From NCBI GenBank assembly GCA_013265495.1, contig MU058337.1, forward strand, positions 1,046,777 through 1,110,776: a DNA stretch of 64,000 bases. Direction: 5' to 3'. Of this stretch, positions 13,999-23,895 are shown in pieces (position 1 is the first letter of the stretch; the number at the start of each line of letters is the position of its first letter). The notes under the pieces are model-generated. The model made no database searches. It was not told the DNA's origin and saw only the letters and a list, made by a program, of their open reading frames with translations. The stretch comes from Vicugna vicugna. Taxonomy: Eukaryota. Both the position numbers and the translations under genes were made by a program.

Positions 13999-14026
13999 CT
14001 AACCGTGCCCTTCCTTCCCCCGACAG
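13999..14026 (+). promoter_or_regulatory. Branch point, polypyrimidine tract and 3' splice acceptor
   Basis: ctaac-cgtgcccttccttcccccgacag|gg; branch A about 25 nt upstream of the exon. Confidence 0.85.
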
Positions 14027-14319
14027 GGCTCTACGAAACCTTTCTCACCAATGATGAACCAGAATGCTGTGACGTCAGGAGAGAAGCAAAATCAAACAAC
14101 CCCTCCAAAGGGATGGTGGACAGAAGCGGCTCCTGCCCGCGGGCGCCGCTCACAGCCTCATCAGCCACAAGACTGTGCAGCAGCCACAGACTCAGACTGT
14201 GCGTTCTCGTGCTGATCCTCCTGCACACAGTCCTCACAGCCTCCGCGGCGCACAACGCCACGGCGCTGACCTTCGGCGGCATCAACACGCTGGACGAGAG
14301 CTCCGCCAGCGAGGACTAG
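14027..14319 (+). CDS. NALF1: NALCN channel auxiliary factor 1 (FAM155A), terminal coding exon
   Basis: The translation (G)[18 protein letters not shown]...[18 protein letters not shown]...[15 protein letters not shown] matches the FAM155A C-terminus as I recall it, including the hydrophobic segment. Canonical acceptor: CTAAC branch point 13999-14003, pyrimidine tract, cag|G with AG at 14025-14026, phase 1. TAG stop at 14317-14319. Confidence 0.95.
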
Positions 14320-14332
14320 GGAGCGCGGAGCA

Positions 14333-14394
14333 CCCCGTTGCCCCGGTAACCGCGGAGCGCCCGCATCCCCGTTGCCCCGGTAACCGCGGAGCGC
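14333..14394 (+). repeat. Perfect 28-bp direct repeat, period 34
   Basis: ccccgttgccccggtaaccgcggagcgc at 14333-14360 and 14367-14394. Confidence 0.95.
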
Positions 14395-16052
14395 ACGGTC
14401 GGATGTCAGACTCGGTGCTCTGACCCGCCCATCGCCGCGCGCGGGGCCTGGAGGGCAAAACTTAAAATAGAGGGGCCTGAGTCCAAATAAGGACACAAAC
14501 CCAGCTTTTTATTGACTAAAAGGCTGGAAAGTGACTTCAATTTCTCACACCATTTTATACACTGTGTTTTAATGTTTGGAGGTTTTATTTGCTTTTCCTT
14601 TTGATTTGGGTTTATCTGTTTGTTTAGTTTTTGCACTTGTTAATACAGGATTTATTTGGGGGGATGGTTTCTCAGAGGTAAACTAAGTCTTTTCACTGTC
14701 TCTCTCTCTCTCTATATATATATTTCTAGTCATTGTGTGTGTTCATCAGATAGTTTCGTCTCTACGTCCTGTCAGTTTCTATTAGCGGAATGACGGCTAT
14801 GACCTCACGGTATAGCAAAAAACAACAACAAAAATCATAAAAATAAAAAAAAAAGACAAAAATAGAAAACAACAAAAAAATAAAAATAAAAAGCCTCCCT
14901 CACTCTCCCTCCTGCCTATGGAACCGACGCCTTTCCCGGCCTGCCCGGCCCGGGCCTCCCTCCCCAGCAGACGACATCCGCTTGCTTCTGTCGTTGTCGC
15001 CGCAGTGAGTGGGCACAGTGCACGCTCCGCTGGGCTTCTGAGCCGCTGTCGCACAAACCCGCAACGGAGCAAAACCGGGGAGGGGGCCCTTTCCAGCTGA
15101 ACAAACACGTGCTCTCCATAACAGGTGGTCTCAGAAAGGGAACACATCTTTATGTTGAAAACAAAGGCAAAGAAAGCTACCATGAACTCTGTTGGTCCAG
15201 CTCCCCCTCCCAAGGGTCCAGTCCTTCCTCGCTGGTCGGGTGGCTGGGAGCAGCCACCCAGGAGGAGGATGTGAGGAGGTAGGAAGTCCTGTCCTGAAGC
15301 CCGCAGGTGGCTGGGCTCTTGGGATTCCAGTTCCGTTGCAAATAGACAGGAGCACGTTTTGGGCACTGTCACAGGAACAGGTTTCCAAGGACGCAAATTT
15401 GGACTTCTTTTTCCTCCTTTCCTGTTGTGGAGGAGAGAGCAGACGTGCTCCAACACCTGCAGCATACAGAGTCTAGACCATTTCTCCCCAGTATTTCCCC
15501 CACATCCAGTTTTTAATGCCTCCAGGTCTAAAGTGGATGCAAATGTGCATTATCAAAAAGAACTTCTTTTCCAAAACTAGGTTAGCCATTTTCATTCACG
15601 TGCAAAAACGTTGTCACTCTCCATGCTCTAGGTAGTTGAAGACAAGAAAAGTCTGATCGCTCTGTCTATATTTTTTCTTTTCGTGGGAACATTTCACCGC
15701 TGAGTCTCTATGAATTTGCTTTCTAAGAAAAAGGCTTTTATGAGTTTACAGTAGAATCAGTGGAAGGAAGAGTTAATAAGGGCTGTTTTTAAAACAAAAC
15801 AAATAATTAAAAAAAAAAACACTTTACATTCCTTCCTAGTCTCTAACTACGCTCGGGAAGCGCACTCCAGATCTGTTTGCTGTGTCACCGGGAGATGAAG
15901 GAAAACCATGGAAAAGGTCCTCTTAGCGAACAAAATTTAGTTATTAACTTTATAGCTATGAAATTCCCCGGGGCATTTGTTTTTGTTCAAACTTTAACCT
16001 CTGCATCATACTTAACTCTGCGACACGCGTACAGTATGCATATTTTGTTTTG

Positions 16053-16121
16053 AATAAAAAAAAATGTTTTGTTCCAGTCTGTTAAGAATATTCAAAAATA
16101 ATAAAGGTATTGCTTAATAAA
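16053..16121 (+). terminator. Proximal polyadenylation signal cluster
   Basis: AATAAA at 16053, 16100 and 16116, followed by GT/T-rich sequence at about 16155-16195. Confidence 0.6.
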
Positions 16122-19100
16122 ATTGCTAGAATTGTTTAGCAGTACATGCACTGATATTTTACTAGATTCTTTGTTTTAATAGTGTTTTGTTGAGACTGAA
16201 AAATCCTAAAATGGTCTGCGCAAATACAAAAAAAAAAACACCAAAAATGTAAAATTTTCCAGTTTTTGTTCCTTTTTTGAAATATTGTTTTTTTCCTTCT
16301 GCAAATGCCAACACACAATCACACGTACACAGACACAGTATGTGTAATATATGGAAATTATGGTGCTATTTCTGGGGACTGTGGCTGGGGAGTGACTCCG
16401 GGGCATGTTAACCATGTTGAATTACGTCAACTGTTAAGTCTTTTTTCAGGCTAACTAGTGGTGGAATAGAGACTTCAGTGGAGTTGGGGGTGGGGAGAGA
16501 AGAATGGGGGAGCAGGGACTGGAGGTGAGGGGTGGGTGAGGACTCGGGGGAACAGCTTACCAGGTGAACTCTTTTTCGACTGACCCCTGAACGACGCTAA
16601 GACCAGAAAAAAGTTTGTTGTGAGCTTCGTCTGCCTCTGCTGGGCAGAGGCCACTCCCCTGTCTTTTCTCCCGCTGTTCCTTATGCTTCTGTTCATGCCA
16701 GAGGCGTTTCTGTGTCTTCAGGAAAACAACATCAACACGGATACAAGTTTCACCCGCTCTTGCTGGTGTGACAAGTGACTCTCCAGACACTGGGCAAAAT
16801 GATGACCAAAGTATCCCTTAACAGCAGGGTTTCGTTTTCTCGTTATATCTTTTTGCGACAGGTTAAGGTTCTTTTCCAACAGAAAGGGACTGGGAGGTTC
16901 CACTTGTGCAAGATTTAGCTTTAGTTTGGGTAGAATGGCGACCACCGCGTCACAGGAGAGGCAAGCCTTCCAAAGGCAAGCTCAAGAGCCCGGCGGGAGA
17001 GGCAGGGCGGCACCGGCACTGGCACCGCGCATTTGGGCGAGGCAGGCAGGTGGGGAGGGAAGGGGAGTGGCAGCTCACCCGGCGCTGGAATCGCCTGGAA
17101 TTCTGCTAGCATTTTTTTCCTGCTGGGCAGATTGATTCTTACGTGGGAATGAGCTCTGTGCCTCGTTCTTATTACTGCAAATGTGTAACCACGTCCCTGT
17201 GGTAGTTCCACTGACACAGTGGACTGAAGCTGGAGCCTGCAAAGTCAGGAAGCAACCACGGATGGTGCAGGTCTTGCTCCATCCGTTGGCCACTGGGAGT
17301 GGATTGCCTGCATGATGGCATGATTACCGTTTCTGATAGAAAAAATTCCGACCCACATTTCTGTAATCATCATCCCACTCTGCTTTTCTTGTGGTGGATA
17401 GCTATTGCATACTAGATAATAAATTACAGTATTAAAACTATTATTTCTGAAAACTACTTGAAAACCAAGGAAATGATTTTTTTTCACAAATGGATGAGAC
17501 AGACTTCTCCATGTTTATTATCATCTTTTTTTAATTCTGCAATAGAGAAGTCCCAGGTTGAGGAGTATGTTAACACTGCAAGACCAAACGTCTAATGACA
17601 AAAGTGGAATCGTGTGTCGTTCCTTCCTGCACTGACACCGGGTGATGCATTACTCTGACTTTTCTTCCATTAAACAAGTAGTGCTTTTCTCTCCACAAAG
17701 AGTAAGTGAAAGCTGTTCTTTTAAATGGCATCACTACAAAAAAAGAAATTTAGTTCCTTACCAAGGAATTGGTACCATTAGGTACTAGAATCTGTGGTCA
17801 TTAAAATAAAAGAAGGCAGGAAGGAAAAAAACAAGAGGAGGAAGGAAGGAACGAAGGAAGGGAAATAAAACTGGATTTTTTTATATGAATGAATAAAAAC
17901 CTCATTTTTGTCAGGAAAAAAATAAGTGAAAGATGTTTTGGGGTGTCAGATCCATGTGCCAAGTACCTGAATTGGCAGATGACACTTGGTATCTGGACAA
18001 CATTAAAATATTGACCAGCCTGAGGCATTGTTTTAGTTCTTTCTAGGTAAGAGCGAAGTTTAAAGTGTTCTTGCTACTGGAAGCATCCAATCGGCAAAGC
18101 AATGAAAAGCGCATCTTATTTTCACTAGAACTGCAGACGGTATTTGACCCTGTTCGCATGCATATGGACATGGATATATAAGGAGAAAGTGTTACACATC
18201 TATGGTTTATTTTATAGTGATATATATCTTACAAGTAAAGTGTCAACCACAAAATTTTTCAGTCCAAAACAACACACACTATAATTAGCAATTCCGATTT
18301 TTTGCTGAAGGTTAAGCAGCATGCTCATTTAAAAACCATACCTGCCTTGATGCAGAAAAGACTCTCAAACTGTCTCCATTAATGAAAGAATAGCAATTTT
18401 GAAGTAGCCAGAATCTTTTCCACTTTCCAAGCACTATCATGTTTAGAAAAAATTGAATATGGCAAGCAGATAGTGGGTGATGGCGAGCAAAACTGTAAGT
18501 GAGAGAAAGGGAAGAAACTGAGTGCAGCTTCAAGCAGTATCTCCATGACACATATGAGAATGATCAAACTGCTTCAAACTCTAGAAATTCTCCAGATAAT
18601 GATCAAAAGTATAGATAATCCTCTCAGCCTTGCAATAAAACTTAAGACTCGAAGCAAATCTGTTCTTGGCTCTCAAGATAATTCAGGGCTAAGTTTACCT
18701 GGCACAAAACGTTCAGATCAACATTAAACATGATGTCACATGGCTATTTTCTCCAAGGCCACACAGGTGGATTGTGCCAAAGTGGAACTCAAACCACACC
18801 CGACTGCAACTTCTAAACACTGGCTCTGGAACACACGATCCCTGGGTCTCAAGCGTACTTCATGAGGATAATGTATTTTTTTCCAAAATGCTTTATTTCT
18901 TAAATGGTGAATTTTAAAATTATGTTAAGTATTAAAAATAGTAAAAATATAGAAAAGACACTGCTAAGGTTTGTTGATGCCCTGTTTCTTTCTCGATTAC
19001 TCATTTTAAGTGAATTTGCTTTTTCTCCCGCCATCATTATGATGCTGACCCAACTGGTCCCTCTCAAAATAGACTTGGCTGAACTTCTTTTTGAATACAT

Positions 19101-20530
19101 GTATATTAGGTTGGATCATTTTGTTGATTGAGTCTCAAAAAAATAATAATCCAGTTAACTGTAAAGGTTTCAGTACTATACGTCTTTCTTTCTTTTGTGT
19201 CTTATATTTTATTTTTTATTCTTGGCTATTTCTATATATAGTGTGAAAAAAATGGAGCAACACAGTTAAGGTAATAATTTCTGGGGCTTTTATCAATCTG
19301 TCAAGAAGACCAGTGGACCACTGCTACAGACAGGAGACAATTTATGTGACTGGAATTGGCTCTGCCGCCATCCTGGCTCGACACCCACCTTCATGACCGC
19401 CCTGGACAAGCCACGTGATGACTCGGTGACGCGATCCCGGCTGCTGCTAAGGCCCTTGCCGAGGATTTCACTATTCTGAAACACTAGAAATATTACTTCT
19501 ATTTTTTTCCTTCTCCTTAATTTGAAAGGCATGTAAACATTACCAGTAAAGGAAATTTAATAGAAACAAAGTTCTTTTCAAAGCTTTCAAATAGTGATTA
19601 TATTTTGACGAAAATCTTAGTGAAATGTTTCCTGCAGCGCTACACAAAAGTCAAAATGAGCGAAAGCGTTTTGGTTTAATGCAGTTTTCTTTTTCTGAGA
19701 TATGGTAACAGTGAAATAAGGTTTTGAATATGCAAAATACCCAGCGTGAGGAACAAACACATAAAACATATGTAGAATGTTCTCAGGTATTTTTACTATA
19801 ATTAGAGTCTAAAATGTGGTAGTTTTCGGTTCCATTGTCCTTTCCCCTTAAGACAACACACCTTTTGATTTAATTCATGTGGTTTTTTGAAATGGAGCTT
19901 TTCAAATTTCACATGGAATTTTGAAGAATCATACTTATGTTCAGTTTTGAAGTTAAAATCTCTCTACTCATCTGTTAGACCCAAGATGTAGCAAACAAAG
20001 TACTCATGTTGCTGCAAATAGATGTAACTACCTGCATTTGTCCTGATTGCTCTCCCTTTCTTCCTCCTTCCTAGTCTCTCTGCCCCCTCACCCCTCTCTT
20101 TCTCTGCATCCCCCACACCCTGTCTCTGTTGTCCTTCTGTCTGTCTGTCTCTTTGCTTTTTTCTCTCTCTCTCAACTTCAGGATTTTAAAATAAGCTTTA
20201 TTAGTATCAGGGTTTTTGTTGTTAAATCATGTAGCCTGTCCTATGATTCTTAAACTTGAAAAGAGAAATCATCTCATCAGAAAAAAAATATTAAAAATGT
20301 GAACTACATTGCATATTGCATTATTTGAGCAATCAAGACCCTTTCGATTTCTAGTGGAACATCTGAAGCACTAATTTATTACAATGACCCACAAAGAAAT
20401 ATTCTTTTCAGAATGATCTAGGGAAGTTGCCAGAGAATGTGAAAAGTACTAATGTGCTCTTAGAAGAATACATTCAAAAAATGCAAACAATGACTGACTC
20501 TTTTGAGGTTAGAGGATTTATATATATTGT

Positions 20531-20536
20531 AATAAA
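20531..20536 (+). terminator. Candidate distal polyadenylation signal
   Basis: tgt-AATAAA-atgtattacaaaatgtgattttggg; TGTA immediately upstream and GT-rich sequence downstream. Confidence 0.35.
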
Positions 20537-20858
20537 ATGTATTACAAAATGTGATTTTGGGAAAAAATTCACGTGCTTCAACTGAAATGAAAATTTAACC
20601 TCCACAGAAATCCAATTTTATTGCACATATTTTTAAAAACAATTCTTGAGAAATTTTCACTTTTATATTTTTATGGAGAACTAGCATCTTATTAAGAGTC
20701 TAGGCCTCTTTGCCAACCAGGCACAACTCCCCACGGCCTCTGATTTTACACTGATCTGAATACTAATGGTGCACCACTGCTTTAAACATTCAAGTGTATT
20801 TTGCAAGATCTAAGGCTACAGAAAATACCTTAAGCAAGTCCTTATTTAAGAATAATCT

Positions 20859-20895
20859 GTCAACGGCCGTACCACCCTGAACGCACCTGCTCTCG
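20859..20895 (+). pseudogene. 5S rRNA 5'-fragment retropseudogene (tailless)
   Basis: gtcaacggccgtaccaccctgaacgcacctgctctcg versus mammalian 5S nt 1-37 GTCTACGGCCATACCACCCTGAACGCGCCCGATCTCG (32/37); flanked by aagaataatct and aataataatct. Confidence 0.85.
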
Positions 20896-21639
20896 GAATA
20901 ATAATCTATCTTGAATTTTATGCCCCTGTGCAGTGACAAGTAACAGCTAAATCCTGCAAAATATGTATTTCGAGTATCAAATCAGCCTGTGATTTCATTC
21001 ATAGAAACAGATAAACACCTGCTTTCTTCCTTCCTTTCCCAGTGAACTTGGCCAATCTATCTTCTGTTTCTCCCTCAAGCTCTTCTCAAAGGTGAGTGTA
21101 AAGTGAACATTTATTTTTTTTTGACATTGAAGGAAAAGTGATGAAGTTTGGGCATCATGTTATTTGCATCCCTGTCACAAAGTCCCTGGTAGGCACATAG
21201 TGTGGAAGGCAGCACTCGCCCTCCCCCAGCATGTTCCTCACTCCCCTCTCCCCCGCCTCACCTCCCCTCTCCACCCTTGCCTCCCCCCACCACTCCCCAC
21301 CTCCCGCCTTCCCTATTACCAAAGCTCTCCCGCTGGAGAGGACCCAGGGCCCACCCTGACCTGCAGTTGAGCTCAAATCAGAATGAGACAGGAGGGAGCA
21401 GTGTGAACACCAATACAATTTCTGGGTAATAAAAATGTATCTTATAGTATTCAAAGGTAGCATTTGTATACATTTCTTTTTTATTTTATGGAAGTTTCCA
21501 GAAAGGGGAAAAACCCTGAAGATTAAAACGGATACCTAATGCTTTTTATTTTCAGAGGAGTGTGTATATTTTGTACTTCCATTTATTAATTTATATAAAC
21601 AGACATACCAGCTGCCTACATTCATGTGTTTTGTTCTCT

Positions 21640-22300
21640 TATCATAAAAAAAGGTACAGAGAATCCTCCATGTCACTGGAACTAAGTTAGGCTTTGGGGA
21701 AACAGACACAAAAGAAGTACTTTTGGTTTTCTAGGAGTTCTTAGACCAGTGTGGGGGAAGGATGTACCACCACAGGACAGAGATAAGCCCAGAGCATGGT
21801 AAGCTAGAATACTCCGGAAGCCTCTAACTCTGGTTAGTAGAAGTTAAATTTTCTCAGATAAAGTGACATCTTAATAATCAAATAGGAGTTAAATAATCAA
21901 AGGACAGACAGAAACTGTGGTCATGTGCAGAGACACAAACTGGAGAAACCTTCCTTCAGGCATGGAGAAATACAGGACAGCCTCCTGATTGGAGGGTCGG
22001 GAAGCTGGTCTCATAACCCAGCCTAGAAGTTTGGATTTGACCCTCAAAGCAAGAGAAAGCCATTAGAGAATTAAAAAAATATGATACTGCAGAATGAACT
22101 TTATGCATTTAAGATGTTTTCCCTTGGCATCAGTAGAGCACTGACTGAGGGGAATAACACAGGAAAGGACCGTTAACATTGGTGAGAAATAATGAGCGTC
22201 TGAACAAATTCAACAGCAAATGAGACGGTGTGGGGGTGAATTTGAGACATATGATGATGTAGGATTAATGGAGCTCGGTAATTTTCTGAATGTGACTGTT
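21640..22300 (-). mobile_element. Degraded L2 LINE fragment
   Basis: gaagtttggatttgaccctcaaagcaagagaaagccattagagaatt and neighbouring sequence resemble antisense L2. Confidence 0.5.
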
Positions 22301-22568
22301 AAAGACAAGTGAAAGGCAAAAAGAAAAAAAAAAAAGACAGAAAGGAATCTGTTTTCCAATGTGGCCATTCATCAAATGAAGAAGCCAGGAAGAAGACTAG
22401 ATTTGGGACCACAGCCAACCTTTGCACAAGTAGAGATGTGAGCAGGCACTCCAGGGGGACTGCCTGGTGGCAGCATGCCATGCTCTTAGGAAGGTATGAG
22501 CTGCTCTAAACAGTAGAGGACAATTTCAACAGCTCAGCTCAAGAGGTTTATTTTTTTTGCTCTCTCAA

Positions 22569-22583
22569 CCTCCAGGGGGCGCT
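22569..22583 (+). promoter_or_regulatory. CTCF-like motif
   Basis: CCTCCAGGGGGCGCT versus the core consensus CCACCAGGGGGCGCT (one mismatch). Confidence 0.5.
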
Positions 22584-23561
22584 CTCCTATGGCTAATTCC
22601 AAGGCCCAGGAAGGCAGACATCTCTTTTTCTTTAAGCATCTTTCATGGTCAGACATTTTTCATAGTTCAATTCTGGTTCTCACAACAAACCTGCGTAAGA
22701 GGCGCTTTTTAACCTGAATTTCTGGAAGTGGTACGATTTTTTTCAAACGCGATTTTTCTAAACCAAGGCCCTTCTGCTCCGCCTTTGAGAACACTTCGTA
22801 TAATCCTGCTCTCCTCAATCTGGGAAGAGGCCTGGACAGATGGAATTGTTTAAAACTCAATTTCAGCCGTAAATAATAAAAAGAAATCGCATCTTTAATT
22901 GTCAAGAATATAGGAGAAATATAGTAAAATTGTCTCATTTTCCATTCTTGTCTTGTGGGTCTCAAGCTTAGTGAATTTATAAAATGTTCTATCCCCAGAC
23001 TCAGACTCATCAAGCCTCTTGCAATGAAAGTCTGGGTTCAGTGTGAATTAAATATGATCGGATCACATGGCTGTGGAATTCCTAAGGAAACTAGCGGACA
23101 TTAATTGAAACAGACTCCCACGGTGTCCAGGGCAATGGTCAAGATGCAATAATAGATACCTTGACAAGTGTATAACTTAGTGGCTACAAGGCTGAAAGGA
23201 AATTGGTGACCGTATTTCTCATTTTATGTTCTTGTCTGTTATTGGCAAGGGATCAAATTATCTTTGTGCCCAGTGGTTTAGTGATTGGGACTCATTCTCT
23301 CAAAATTGATAGAGAAAATTACTATTCTCCAGAAGGAACTATATTCAAAGAGAAGACACAAATGATGTTGCTAAGGATGTATCAACTTGCCGAATGTCTC
23401 ACCGTAAACCCAGCACTACACCCAGCTCAGTGACAACAGCAGCTATTTCTGAAAGAGGCTGGAAATTCTCCATGAAGCCAACATGTGTTGGGATGCACAG
23501 GAAAATTTCCACAGTTTCATAAATAACTATTTTTTAAGGAAACATTTAATTTTTCTGAGTG

Positions 23562-23715
23562 AACCTAAATTTCTGGAGGTGGTACAATTTTTTAAATGCA
23601 ATTTTTCTAACACCAAGCCCTTCTGCTCCCCCTTTGAGAACACTTAGAAATTTAGGGTAAAAAGCATCTCTTATGCAGGTTTGTTGTGAGAACCAGAAAT
23701 AAATTATGAAAAATG
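23562..23715. repeat. Compound local duplication of 22654-22796 (direct plus inverted)
   Basis: 23562-23645 is a direct copy of 22711-22796; 23646-23715 is the reverse complement of 22654-22723. Confidence 0.92.
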
Positions 23716-23717
23716 CC

Positions 23718-23895
23718 AGAGTTTGTACAAGATTGGTGTTATTTTTTTCCTAAATGTTGGAAGGATTCACTGATGAAGCCAGCTGGCACTGGAGTTACCT
23801 TTTTTGGAAGGTCTTGAATTTCGACTTCAATTTTCTTTAATAGACGCATGGCTATTTGAGTTTTCTATTCTTGAGTGAGCGTTGTAGTTTGTCAG
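23718..23895 (-). mobile_element. Old L1 ORF2 fragment
   Basis: aaatgttggaaggattcactgatgaagccagctggcactggagtt...ttcaattttctttaatag is typical of antisense L1M ORF2. Confidence 0.65.

Larger units (their letters stand above)
1..14026 (+). other. NALF1: 3' part of the last intron of NALF1
   Basis: Lies upstream of the acceptor, contains no recognisable FAM155A coding sequence, and is repeat-rich. Confidence 0.8.
14320..16145 (+). other. NALF1: NALF1 3' UTR (proximal isoform, approximate end)
   Basis: Follows the stop codon, has no recognisable transposons, contains U-rich and A-rich tracts, and ends in clustered AATAAA. Confidence 0.7.

Noticed and set aside
14005..14026. ORF-track start MPFLPPT for the 104-aa ORF
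   Set aside because: The GTG start lies in the intronic polypyrimidine tract; the real frame enters by splicing at 14027
14070..14077. Palindromic CRE site TGACGTCA
   Set aside because: Falls within the C-D-V-R codons and is explained by coding sequence
14031..14496. Overlapping antisense and alternate-frame ORFs over the exon
   Set aside because: Shadows of a GC-rich coding exon with no recognisable homology
14797..15465. 222-aa minus-strand ORF
   Set aside because: Antisense to the 3' UTR; the Phe-rich tail is just the A-tract read backwards; no recognisable domain
16225..16300. A-rich followed by U-rich segment resembling a hairpin or triple-helix element
   Set aside because: Pairing is mostly low-complexity A:U and cannot be told apart from ordinary UTR composition
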